Origin: Octopus vulgaris
Lineage: Eukaryota
Assembly: GCA_951406725.2 (NCBI GenBank)
Contig: OX597827.1
Span: 58,094,001 to 58,158,000 of the forward strand
Length of the DNA stretch: 64,000 nt
Direction: 5' to 3'
This document shows positions 1 through 12,030 of the stretch, in pieces. The number at the start of each line of letters is the position of its first letter. Within the stretch, counting starts at the first letter, position 1. Position numbers and translations under genes: made by a program. Below the pieces are notes generated by a model. That model was not told the origin of the DNA. It ran no database searches and saw only the letters and a program-made list of their open reading frames with translations.

Positions 1-665
1 TTAAGCCACTCGAGTTGTCTGCAGTAGATCTTCTTTGTTATCTTTTGATTTGGGTTTAAAAGTTCAAAGTGGACTAAACCTTTCATAATCCCACCAAACT
101 GATAACAACACCTTATGTGGCTGAAGACCTTCTTTAGCCTGGTGTGCCTGTGTTTCTCCTTTTCCTACCCAGTGTCTTTGGTGCTTGACATTTATAGAGA
201 ACCCATTTCTTGTCATCAGTCACTATTCTGTCCAAAAAAAGGTTCATTCGTGAGAAATGACAACAAAGAAGAGCACACATCCATTCTTTGTGCGCAATTA
301 GACTCTGAAAGTTCATGGGGAACCCACTGACCCAATTTGCTGACTTCTCCAATGGCACGCAAGTATCAATGAATGGTTGAATGACCAGATCCAAGCTTCT
401 CTGCTAGTTCCTCAACAGTCACGATGGGATTTTGTTCCAACATTTGCAGGGTGTCTTCAAGCTCTACAGACTTTCCAGGGTGAGGTTCATCTTCTAAACT
501 GTAGTTTCCGGCTCAGAATTTCTGGAACTACCATTGACACTGGCTTATGCTTATTGTCTGATCCCCATATACCGCATTAATATTCCTCACAATTTCCATT
601 GCGTTGCTGCCTTTATTGAACTCAGAAAGCAAAATATACTGAATATGTTCCTTTGTTACTTCCAA
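1..665 (-). pseudogene. Degenerate mariner transposase (N-terminal HTH region to first catalytic Asp; runs off the window edge)
   Basis: Minus-strand translation: LEVTKEHIQYILLSEFNKG...AVYGDQTISISQCQW*FQKF*AGNYSLEDEPHPG...GQWVPHELSE...FLDRIVTDDKKWVLY. It carries the WVPHEL and IVTxDEKW-like mariner motifs and has in-frame stops. A TIR-like end (CATTATTTTATGGGATGACCCA) lies at ~822-842 next to (TA)n. Confidence 0.9.
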
Positions 666-899
666 CACAGCTTTGAAAAAGTAACTGTTAAAATTGAGCT
701 GCACTCTTCAAAACTTGCACTGAGAATAAGAACAAGGTAAAATTATTACCTGCTTTTAAGTTGATGCAGGTAGTTTATCCTGTCCCCTCTGACTTTTAAT
801 TCGTGGAATTGAAAAAAAGCCCATTATTTATGGGATGACCCATAATATATATATATATATATATATATGCATATATGTATGTATATGCATGCACACGCA

Positions 900-1415
900 C
901 ATATCATTTAAAGACTGCTTCTTTGTGCTTGCATTGGTCAGATGGAATTTGTTGAAACAGATTTTCTACAGCCCAACTCCCTTGCTGTTGTCAGCCAACA
1001 ATTGTTTTCACATAAAGTAATATTTTCCCCCCATGTCTAGATATGTTTCCATAGAATTTTGGGGATGGACGCTACTTGCATGACAGTAACACTCGTTACA
1101 ACTACCACACTATTTCATAGTAAGGAGACAGTAACACACATTCACACAGAGCCACATGTATACATATGCATATGTATACAATGGGCTTCTTTCCGTTTCC
1201 AGCTTTGAAATCCACTCAAGGCTTTGATCAGCCCAGGGCCCTCTCAACCACATGGTTCTGGGTCCTACTGCATGTGCGTGTGTGTGTTTGTGCCTATGTG
1301 TATATATGTGTATGTGCTTTACAAAATGATGAGATTGTGTACATACACACATACCAAGCCAACTTATCCCCTCCCCTGAAATTGCTGGCCTTGTGCCAAA
1401 ATACGAAACCAATAT
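900..1415. mobile_element. Cluster of decayed SINE fragments
   Basis: Pieces match SINE copies elsewhere in the window, e.g. GGGCTTCTTTCCGTTTCC...AAATCCACTCAAGGCTTTG and TTGCTGGCCTTGTGCCAAAA. Confidence 0.55.
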
Positions 1416-1494
1416 TTTGTTTTCATTTTTTTGTGCTTAAGAACAGTCTGTTGTATATGAGCTCAAAATCTGTATAGTTTGGAGTTAAATTTTA

Positions 1495-2114
1495 TCTTTT
1501 ACTTGTTTCAGTCTGTGGTCATGTCGTGCTTGAGCACTGTCTTGAAGGATTTAGTCAGACAAATTAATCATAGTATTTTTTTTTCCTTTTAACCCATATA
1601 TGCCCATTAAAAAATGAAGTCTTAAAATTTCACTGTATTTAGATTAAACGTTACGATAAGCTTTCACAATCTGGAAGAGAAGGACAGTATGCAACTGTTA
1701 GTGATAGGTATCGACTACCCACTGAACATTTCGTATGCTCATGTTCAAACAAGTAGGAGCTGATTTTGCGTTATGAAAATGCAACCAGGGGTATATATGG
1801 GTTAAGTTTGGTACTTATTCTATTGGGCACTTTTGCCAAACTGCTAAGTTATTGGGATGTAGACAAATTAACACTGGATGTCACATGGTGCAGGCGGGAA
1901 CATAACAAACACAAAGGCGCACAAAATCATTTATATGTATACACACACAGAGATATATACCTGATGGGCTTCCGCACAGTTTCCATCTACCAAATTCACT
2001 CACAAGGTTGGCTCAGGGCTATAGTAGAAGACACTTGCCCAAGGTGCCACGCAGAGGGACTGAACCTGAAAACATGTGGTTGGTAAGCAAGCCTCTTGCC
2101 ACACAGCCACTCCT
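1495..2114 (-). mobile_element. Octopus-type tRNA-derived CORE-like SINE, interrupted by a MITE
   Basis: Reverse complement of the family at 12031-12448 (head GGAGTGGCTGTGTGG, core CCTTGGGCAAGTGTCTTCTACTATAGCC, tail ACTGAAACAAGTAAAAGA). Confidence 0.85.
1593..1801. mobile_element. piggyBac-type MITE (209 bp)
   Basis: TTAA on both sides (1589-1592, 1802-1805); 13-bp TIRs CCCATATATGCCC / GGGTATATATGGG with 1 mismatch. Confidence 0.8.
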
Positions 2115-2215
2115 GTATACAAAGCCATACAAATGCTTTTTTTTTTTTTCACTGAGTATATTTATGCTGGTATAGCCATTCAGTGTGCATGTTAGATATT
2201 TACACACTGATAAAG

Positions 2216-2535
2216 ACTCCGCCGGTTACGACGACGAGGGTCCCAGCTGATACGATCAACGGAACAGCTTGCTCGTGAAATTAACGTGCAAATAGCTGAG
2301 CATTCCACAGACACGTGTACCCTTAACGTAGTTCTCGGGGATAATCAGCGTGACACAGAGAGTGACAAGGCTGACCCTTTGAAATACAAGTACAACTCAT
2401 TTTTGCCAGCTGAGTGGACTGGAGCAACGTGAAATAAAGTGTCTTGCTCAAGGACACAACGCGTCGCCAGGAATCGAACTCACAACCTTACGATCATGAG
2501 CCGAATGCCCTAACCACTAAGCCACGCGCCCTCAC
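2216..2535 (-). mobile_element. Young full-length tRNA-derived SINE (320 bp) with 15-bp TSD
   Basis: Perfect TSD TACACACTGATAAAG at 2201-2215 and 2536-2550. Minus strand shows A box TGGCTTAGTGG, B box GTTCGATTCC and the central domain GTGTCCTTGAGCAAGACACTT. CpGs are intact. Confidence 0.92.
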
Positions 2536-4991
2536 TACACACTGATAAAGTGTTATGAGCTGTCGATGATGAATTAGCTCTTCTCTTTTTTCCTCCCCAT
2601 TTCTACAGAAAATTGACCAGATCATAGAAAATGAAATTGAATCAAATTACATAAATGTATTTTGATAAAGGTGTTTGACAGATAGCAAAATCCATAAAGC
2701 ACTAACAGTCTGAAAAATTACTTTCTAATGAGTCAATTTGGAATAAAAATTTCTGTCAGAAGGAAAACTTCTTTAAAATGCACTCAGTTCTATCTATGAT
2801 GGAGTTTTTGTTAAATTGAAAGTGATTTTCTTCTTTTCTTTTTGAAGTATGAACAAAAATAGAAGAAAGAAAAGAAAATTTAAAGAATGTTGTTAATTTA
2901 TTTATTTCTCTTATGTAGTGTATTAAAAAAAAATGTCAACTAAGATATTATATTTGATGCCAGCACTTGCTGTTTTATAAAATGCACTTCGAAGTAGAAT
3001 TATCACTTGGTTGAAATAAGCTTTCATCTCTGACATTTCTAATGCAATCAAAGTTGTTGACTTTGAAAATCAATTACTGTCTAATGTATTCTGCAGAGAG
3101 TGTGACTTCTATAAGAATGGATTCTCTGAAAGTATCATTTTTGCAGTTATGTAAAGTTTATTTTTCTTGTTGATTTCCAAAAGTTAAAAACTAGTTCAGT
3201 AATTTTCTTTTTTAATTATTATATTTTTAAGGAACATTTTATTTCAAACACACACGCGTGCTCTCTCTCTCTCACACACATTCATGTACTTACCTGTACA
3301 TTACACACTCATGCTTGTATATACACAACTGTATAGGCTACAAATGCAAGTGATTTTCAGTTACACAAATGTTCCTGAACTAAAAAGCTTTTGCAGATGT
3401 TGTAGGCAAGGTAGTATTCATTTCTCCCCTTATCTTTGTCTACCTGGCTGATGATAGCATAGTTAGAATTTTATAAAAGAATCCATCTACTTCACTTCAA
3501 AAAAGAGTAGCCTAAATTAAAAAAAGATCCACCTGGGTGTGAAAAAAATACTTGCTTCAGCAACATGTATGGCTGCAGTTCAATGACTGAAATAAGTAAA
3601 AGAAAAAAAGATTATAGGAATCATCCCATTCATTCAGATGAAATAATATATATAATATCAAGAAGTTATGCTCAGCTGCAGTTCATTATTCATAATTTCA
3701 AATTATGAAAAATACTGGAAATAATTATTTTTGTGAAGTGCTATTCTTTTCTGTGACAAAACTCACCTGGCATGAAAACCTAACTCAACAGTATTCATAT
3801 CTAGTGTTTGATCCACTTCACATGGTTATGCTGTATCAATGGTTATCTCAATATACCTTTACGATTCAGTGATATATCTGCATATGCTCTGTGACATTGG
3901 GTTTAATTTCTTTGTGAAAATTCTAAAAATGAATTACAGATATATATCTTGGTAACCACAGAAAGGAAATGGATCACCTTTCAATATTAATAGCTCAGAA
4001 AGGGGATTTTTAAGAAGTTTTATAATTCAATAACTACTTGGCATCTGTAATATGAGCTCATTACAGATAATCTGGATTGGAAGAACACTAAAATTTTCTT
4101 GTTTTTTACTGGAAAGCTATATTCTCTGCATTTACCTTCCCTTCTATGAACTACCAATATCCTGTATATTACATCCTTGCAGCCAAGAAATTTTACTCTC
4201 CATGGAGAATTTGCATACAGACATTTTGAACTGTAAGCTTGCTTCAATCATCAAAGATGTCATTTCTGTAGTCTCTAATGATTGGAACGATGTTGATATA
4301 TCAACATTGAGGAATACTTGGCAAAGACTTTGGCTTGCATCAAATATTTGAAATGCATCTGGAAAATGAAAACTTTGAACGGTTTCATGGCAATGAGATG
4401 ATTTCATACTATTATATCATTATCTCTTAAGTTTACTTCATTACAAAGCTAAAAGTGTCAATAAATTAAAGGAAACTGATATTAAAAATAGTTGGACATT
4501 GAGAAATGTTCAGCTATACATTCCTTGAATGATGTAGAAATTTGTTGAAAATATGTTAAATGTTGCTAAGTATGAGGACAGTAATAATGATGGTGAAACA
4601 AGTCTCTATAAATTATATAGTGAAAATGTGTGATAAATTTATTACTGGTCTTGAGCAATGTTTATTTGTCCATAAGCGAGAGATTGTGGCAGTATATTTC
4701 AGTGAAAGAGACTGCTTAAGCATAACTGGCAGAAATACTTTCATTCTTCTATTTCTGATACTAGCATATTCAGGTCATAAAAAAAAATGATGATAATATT
4801 ATTTATGATAGAAAATTGCACACTCGTTCATAATATGAAAAATCCACAATAAATTTCCTACCTAAAAGACTTTGTATTTGTTTTTTTTAGTAGAAAAATA
4901 TAACAATAACTCATGCTTTTTACATCTATGAAAATTTTGTAACAAATCTTTTAATATAAATGTGTGCATGTGGGTGTGGAGAGAGGGAGAG

Positions 4992-5035
<44 letters not shown>

Positions 5036-5229
5036 CACCATTTCTGTATCATACTTAACGCAAATAGATCATGAAAGGTAAATTAACTGTGGTATTTATC
5101 CAGGGGCAATATCTCTTATGGACTTAGTGTGTTTAAAACCACAAATATATCGGTACCAGATGAAAGTTGGCCAGCAGAATTGGTAATAATACGGGATGCG
5201 CATTTCTGCTTCTTTGAGCAGTGTCAGTG

Positions 5230-6107
5230 GCATGTACTATTCACTGGTAACCACATACTAAGACAAAATCTGACGCTACTTATACAAGAAGACAGTGATT
5301 GATAAGTCACTAATGTTGCAATTAACCACCTAGCTGACTAAAATATATATGAAATTAAATATTAAACTTTTTTTTTTCTAAAATGATCAACAGTGTAATT
5401 TGTTAGTGATTGATTGTTGCATGTAATATTTAGTGAGAAAAACAAATATTATATTGTTTTTGTGTATTTGTGCTTGTTTATGTATGTTTGACTATCCATC
5501 ATTTAAGATCAAGACATAATATGTTGCTTACAATTCTTTTCCATTTTTTCCTTTTGAATATATATGAAATTATGTGAAAATATATTGCAAAATTTAGGAC
5601 AAAATTTACAGTGTCATTTTGATCAAAATACCTGGTACTCAGGCTTTTGCAAAACCTTTCATCACAGCTCACTTTAATTATAATTCCTTCACTTTTCCTC
5701 ACCTACACTTAACATCTCTAGCTGCTACTCACTCCCTCTTTATATGTTGTTTTAGTCTCCTACTAACGTGAATACAAACAAAGACATATTTTATTATATG
5801 TAATATATATATATTGATTATGTGTCTCATTTAATTTTAAGAATAATCAAGAATTTTCAGTGATTAAGTAAAATAATTTTTCGTTATTAATCGTTTAGCA
5901 TGTACTATTCACTGGTAACCACATACTAAGACAAAATCTGACACTACTTATAAAAGAAGACAGTGATTGAAAAGTCACTCATGTTTCAATTAGCCACCTA
6001 ACTGACTAAAATATATATGAAATTAAATATTAAACTTATTTTTTTCTAAAATGATCAACAGTGTAATTTGTTAGTGATTGATCGTTGTGAGAAAAACAAA
6101 TATTATA
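5230..6107 (+). repeat. Local direct duplication of ~220 bp (5230-5454 and 5898-6107)
   Basis: Both copies begin GCATGTACTATTCACTGGTAACCACATACTAAGACAAAATCTGAC and end GTGAGAAAAACAAATATTATAT; offset 668 bp; copy 2 lacks ~14 nt. Confidence 0.9.
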
Positions 6108-6109
6108 TA

Positions 6110-6307
6110 TCAGACCAAAATTGTCTATTGGTTTTATGTTCAAACTGGTCAGATCTGATCTCTTATACTTATCCTATGATATTATTCTAAAAATAAACAG
6201 TCATGTCATTAAAATTTCAAAGCTTCAAGATAATGCATGACTAATTCAAATTGATGTGAATAAATAAGCATTATGCTTGACAGAGTAATCTGAATGCTAA
6301 ATGGTTG
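6110..6307 (+). mobile_element. Partial copy of ~215-bp piggyBac-type MITE family
   Basis: Matches the copies at 17920, 26104 and 27153 (GATAATGCATGA...AATAAATAAGCATTA...GTAATCTGAATGCTAAATGGTT). Confidence 0.7.
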
Positions 6308-8235
6308 AGTCAGGGTTTGAAACAACCTCATCAAAGTTCTAATTTTGAATTATGGTGGAAGGATTTAAAATAGAGCCAAACACATTAACATTGGCAATTT
6401 TATATCTTAGAACCAGAGGCTGTCTCGGGCAGATTGCTGTATAAAGTGTTATCAATAGAAGTTAATTAGCCCTAGAACTAACCTGATTTAGCAAACCTAA
6501 GAGAAAAGGTTTTCTTGCAGTGGGTATCCTGCCTTTTGCATTAACATAGTGGACCCAAGACCACATTATTCAATATGTCCTTTTTTTCAAAGACAGTTAG
6601 GTATTATTTGAAGGAAATTTGGCTGTTGTAGCAAGTTGAGAGACAATGTACCTATTCAATGTGATCATTCAGTTTGCTGAAGATAACAGCCAAATGTGCT
6701 CTAATTGTTGGTTTGACTAGAAGAAATGTTTAATAATCTCACCTGTAATGTAACAGAATCCTGTGTCTGGGGTACCCATCTCTAGAGTGATGATGAAGAC
6801 AACATTTAGGTACAATATTTTCAGAATTTAAGTAAACTTTAATATTGTTGACTGTTAATAAAAGTCCAAGGAAACTAATGATACTCTGTAGTTGAAAAAT
6901 TCATCTCTCTCTCTCTCACACACATATGAAAGTCTTTGCTGTAAACATCAGAACCCTGATCTTACATACAAACTTATCCCAAATTTCTAAATACTTTTAG
7001 TCTTTATTTCATTAGTATGACTATTTGTCATGTTTATGACAATCAAATAAGTCCACAGCAATTAGTTCAAATCTTCAGACACCTGTTGTAATTATGTTTC
7101 ATGATTCACCGGCATTATCTTAGTGACACACCATAAAACCTGTTCATTAGTCACCTTAAATAGTCCTGACCACACGCAACCATGCAAAATACATGCACTA
7201 CCCCATTAGCATAACAATGGTGTCTCAGACTAGATAGATACATACTGTGTGCAGATGTTGACCGGATGTGTTTATATATTAATAATAGAATGGAGAGCAA
7301 AGCAAGTGACTATCCACAATACTGTAAATATAACACAATTCACCTGTTTCACAACAGAAATAAGAGTATATTTGATGACAGGTGTTATTCCAGATCTTGA
7401 TAGAAGTTGTTACTTATAATAGAAAATGTACACATTTTAAAACCATTAAAAAAAATGTATAGATTATTAACTCTTCTTGTTTATTTTCTTTATGTTTAAG
7501 TTAAGTGGAAAACAAACTGTTGAGGCCCTGTGCTCCACAAGGGGCAAAAAGGATTAAGAGAGAGATAGAAGAGATGTTTAAGTTATATGTTGTTGTTTAG
7601 TCCTAACTCTGCCCTATTTGAACAGATCTATGATCAGAGACATTCCTGTTATTAATCATTGTTTTTTCTTTTTTCTTTCTTTTTTTTTGTATATTGGGAA
7701 CTGCACTGCCCAATCTGAACTTTTTCCTTTATTTAAGATGGTAGTGTGTGATGTGAGGGAGATGTGACTTTTTTTTTTATGATTCCTTTTGATCGAATAC
7801 CTACACCCCCCCTTTTTTTTTCCTCCCCAAAAAGAAAAGCTCAACTTTGTAATTTGTCCCCTCTGTGTTCAGCCCTGTGTGGCTAATAAAGAACATAGAG
7901 AAACATATTTCTAACAGGCCAAATAACTGCATAGAAGCTTCTTTGTCGAATCATCTCTAAGCTATTGTATGTTTGTCTCTGTAAGCCTGTGTATATGTGA
8001 AGGCATTAAAAAATTCCCAATTTACTAATAAAATTATTTGAACTTACACAGGGAAAATAATTTTGAAAAGTTGATGTAAAATGTATATAAATTACCTTAT
8101 TTAATGTATTTCAGCATAGTGTATATAACTTTTTAATAGAAATAAATGAAGGATTTTCAAGAATTTATTTCATTTTTATTGTTTAGTCTTTCAATGTTGA
8201 TCATAATAATTTATGAAAACTTTTACAAATTTCAG

Positions 8236-8388
8236 ATACTGGTAGAATTTGATGGAATAAGTTGGGACAAACGAGAATGGATTAAAATCTATGAAATATG
8301 TCAGATTTTCCTTGTGGAGTACTCAGTTGTGTTAGTTCCAAGAGAATTTCCAAACAGATCACCATCTCAGATGAAATGGCCTGCTCTG
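8236..8388 (+). CDS. JMJD1C: Internal coding exon (equivalent to vertebrate exon 2) of JMJD1C/KDM3-family JmjC histone demethylase
   Basis: Acceptor TTTCAG| and donor |GTAAGT; 153 nt, phase 0-0. ILVEFDGISWDKREWIKIYEICQIFLVEYSVVLVPREFPNRSPSQMKWPAL aligns with the recalled human JMJD1C segment VYVEFDDLEWDKREWVKVYEDFSTFLVEY...QIQWPAL. Confidence 0.93.
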
Positions 8389-8609
8389 GTAAGTTAATGC
8401 CATCACATTTTATTCATAATACTTATAACTAATGCATCATTGTAATTCGGTCATAAACTCAATTATTTTCTTTTTTCACTTTCTTGGTACCGTTGTACTT
8501 AATTCACTTGAGTGGGGAAAAAGAATGGTAGTCTGAGACAAATTTATAGCAGTTTTGTTGTAAAGGATACTGACCCTTTAATAATAAATGAAAATATATA
8601 TAGTTTGTA

Positions 8610-9400
8610 AGGAGAAAAACAATTAGTTTTAAATCTCCGAGTGGGAAATAAGTAGTAACAATGCTACAGAGTAAAGTCTATTTGCCAACATAACGTGGCA
8701 GTCCTGATTAGGATGGTGTTACTACCTGTTTAGCTAGCTGTCAACGCACAACTGCATCCTTATACCTCAAACAAGGGAGCTAATGTCTCCACTCACCCTT
8801 AAACGGTACTTGCAGACCAATGGTTTCTGGGTTATTTCTCTTCATTGGCACAGGATAACCGTTGGCCAAAGATGCCAGCACTAGGCCTTGCTTGCGGTAT
8901 ATAGTATTAAAGGGACACACAGCTACTGATCTCGTAAGTAGAAAAGCAATTAGTTTTAAATCTCTGAGCAAGAAATAAGTAGTAACAGTACTACAGAGTA
9001 AAGTCTATTTGCTAACGTAAAGTGGCAGTTCTGGCGAATAGATTTTATTATGTAGTACTGTTACTACTTAATTCTCACTCAGAGATTTAAAACTAATTGT
9101 TTTTCTCCTTATGAGATCAGTGACTGTGTGTCACTTTAAAACTATATACCTCAAGTGAAGCCTAGTGCTGCCATCTCTAGCCAAGGTTATCCTGTGCCAA
9201 TTAAGAGAAATAACCCAGAAACCAACGGACTGCAGGTACTGTTTAAGGTTGAGTGGGGACATTAGCTCCTTTGTTTGAGGTATAAGGATGCAATTGTGCA
9301 TTGATAGCCAGCTGAAAAAGATGTTTTCCTGGAGTTAAAAAAGGTAGTAACACCATCCTAATGTGAACTGCCACTTTATGCTGGCAAATAAATGTTACTC
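8610..9400. mobile_element. Foldback insertion: 1.3 tandem copies of a 327-bp unit plus an inverted copy, 13-bp TSD (Penelope-like/retrozyme-like)
   Basis: TSD TATATAGTTTGTA at 8597-8609 and 9401-9413. The unit start GTAAG(G/T)AGAAAA recurs at 8607 and 8934. 8666-9014 is the reverse complement of 9032-9400. The family assignment is inferred. Confidence 0.75.
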
Positions 9401-9998
9401 TATATAGTTTGTACTTGATTTAAATTGCAATTTGTTCTATGGTTTCATCATGGGTAGAAGAATGGGGTAGTCCATTACCTGGCTAATGAATGGCCAATGA
9501 ACTGAGAAACATGTTAGGGTAATCTCCTTTATTTTTTCTATTAATTAAGAGAATGTCAGGGTCTATTCACATCTATTTAAAGTTCTACAATAAAAATCTG
9601 AAGGTTAACTACTTCAAATTTACCTTAGATTTTCTAATACACACAGTGTTGTGCGTAAATATTTACTTATTAAACATTAATAGAAATATTAAATATTAGA
9701 TCACCTTTTCTATAATTACTAACAAACAAGTCACTGTAAATAATTTTATGAATCTTGGAAAATACTCTTTTCTTTTTGCTCATAAAAAAAAAATAATACA
9801 GTTATTTTTTTATAACTTCAAATTTTTAATATTTTTTACATTTCCCATATTTTAAAATAATATTTGCTAATCCTTATAAAGCAGATTATCTAAAGAGTAG
9901 TTTACAGTAATGAGAAAATTAACATTTTGTTTTCACTTCTTTGAATTGTGCAATATATATTATTGATTAAAAAAAAAAACCCCAAGTATAAATATTCA

Positions 9999-10130
<132 letters not shown>

Positions 10131-10324
10131 ACCCATGCTACCATGGAAGGTAGACGTTAAATATATATATATTAAGAGATCAGGAATTAAAGCTCCTATT
10201 TATTACATTAATAACTTTCTCAAAAGTGTTAGCATTATAAAAGAACTGCAGTGAACCCCATCCTGAAATCAGGTGATAGATTCAGTTAGTTTGACTCATA
10301 TGATATTTATCACTGTAACATTAA

Positions 10325-10562
10325 TGTTGTTTTAGCTTCTGGTCAGCCCCGATCAGACAGAGTTATATCCATAAGCGTTCCTGTTAGCATCATGTCATCT
10401 TTTCTCTTCAGTCAGTTTTTCTATATCTAGAACTACATCATTCACTGTATTCTATATTTTAGGTGGTAATTAACTATCTGCCATCAGGTAGAGTGTGACA
10501 TGAGGGAGATTTAGTTATTATTTCCAGCTGACTGAGTGAGCAAACTAAGGCTCCTTTAGCTC
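10325..10562 (-). mobile_element. Old ~240-bp SINE-like interspersed repeat (related copies ~7588-7650, 17600-17790, 23535-23695, 30150-30335, 36955-37105, 48745-48915)
   Basis: Recurrent motif TTGTTTAG...GGTCAGCCC..ATC..GCAGA..TATGATC...CATTCC...GAGGGAGATTT..CT..TATTTC in several degenerate copies on both strands. Confidence 0.55.
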
Positions 10563-12030
10563 ATTGATTTCTTTCCCAGCTGCAAGGCTTCATAGATGTT
10601 TAAGGGATCAGGAATGAAATTCATGTGATATTCATATGTTTTTCAAGAACATTAACCCAGCTCTAACGATTTAGCACTCAACACCATATTATTAATAATG
10701 TTTTGCTAAGAATGTTGAAAGCTATGGAGTTCCTTTGCACATGAGACAGTTTCACTGAATTTATGCAGCCATTGTACTCCAAACATAAACCGTTCTGATC
10801 ACAGCTATTGCTTGGAATAGCTTTAATGCTTCTTTGATATAGCTGCCAAGTTGGCATAGTATTCACTAGATGGCTTTTTATTGCATTTCATTTCAGTATC
10901 ATTTGATTGATTGATAGAGTTGCAACCTGCAATTAAATCTTCTTTTGCTCTTGATTTTCTCAGTTCAAACAGTGTGTGTGTGTGTGTGTGTGTGTGCACT
11001 TGTGTATGCTTATTCGATAGATTGTTTCCAATTTGTCATATATAGCTGTGTTAAAAGACAGTTGTTTTTTTTTAAGTTAATGTGGTTTGTCTACTTGTTA
11101 CAGCTACATATATATATTACATATGTATATTTGTGCATCATATTTGAGTGTTCATGCATAATATACACACACATATACATACATATGTTATATACATATA
11201 AAACATTGTTTTACCTCTGCTTTATCTATGCTGACATGGGTTAGATGAGGTAATATTCTATGGCTGGATGCCATTCCAATTGTCAACTCTCACTAGTTTC
11301 CATGCCCAACAAACTACTCAAGTGTAAAATATGTCATGACATTGTCTTGACTTAGTTTTATGCTAAGCATGTAAACATTACAATACAAACTAGCTGACCA
11401 CGTTCCATCAATAATGACAGCTAATTGTAGTATTTTATATATATACAAAATAAGGTACATTATAATCACACATAACAAACATTCACGTACTTCCCTTGTA
11501 CATGCACACATATATTCGCACAGAGTTGAAATGCTGATTTTTTTCCCACCCCTTCTTTTCACTCACTGTCTCTCAGTCAGGGCTATTACTCTCACTACCT
11601 CTCCTTCACTGAATTACTATTTTTTCTCCGCATCCGGTGTGATGCTGGACAAATATACATATATACAAATATATAAAAACACTACGCTCATTATTATATT
11701 AGGAGTTGGGGAAACACACATACAGTATTGCCTGTGCATACACACCTTTTATATGCAATATCTTAGATGTTTAGTGACAATGAATGAGCCTGTCTAACTT
11801 GTGTGTTGCAATATCTATTTTGTTAATCAGCTGAACTGAATAATGTTTTCCATGCCTGTTGAACAAATATTCATTTGGCCTGTTTATGAGAGTAAAACTT
11901 TAATTTTCTTTCTAAACAGCAAATAATTGAAACATTTTCAGATTCATTTGTAATGTGCAGTTTACAAAAAGTAGATAGTTGGATCATGTAAAAGCATATT
12001 TTAAAAGTTTTCTACAAAATTTTCATACTT

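Noticed and set aside
1-8235. First coding exon of JMJD1C/KDM3 (expected ELVGKRFL...WRAGVIRA-like)
   Set aside because: No such peptide found by eye; probably upstream of the window.
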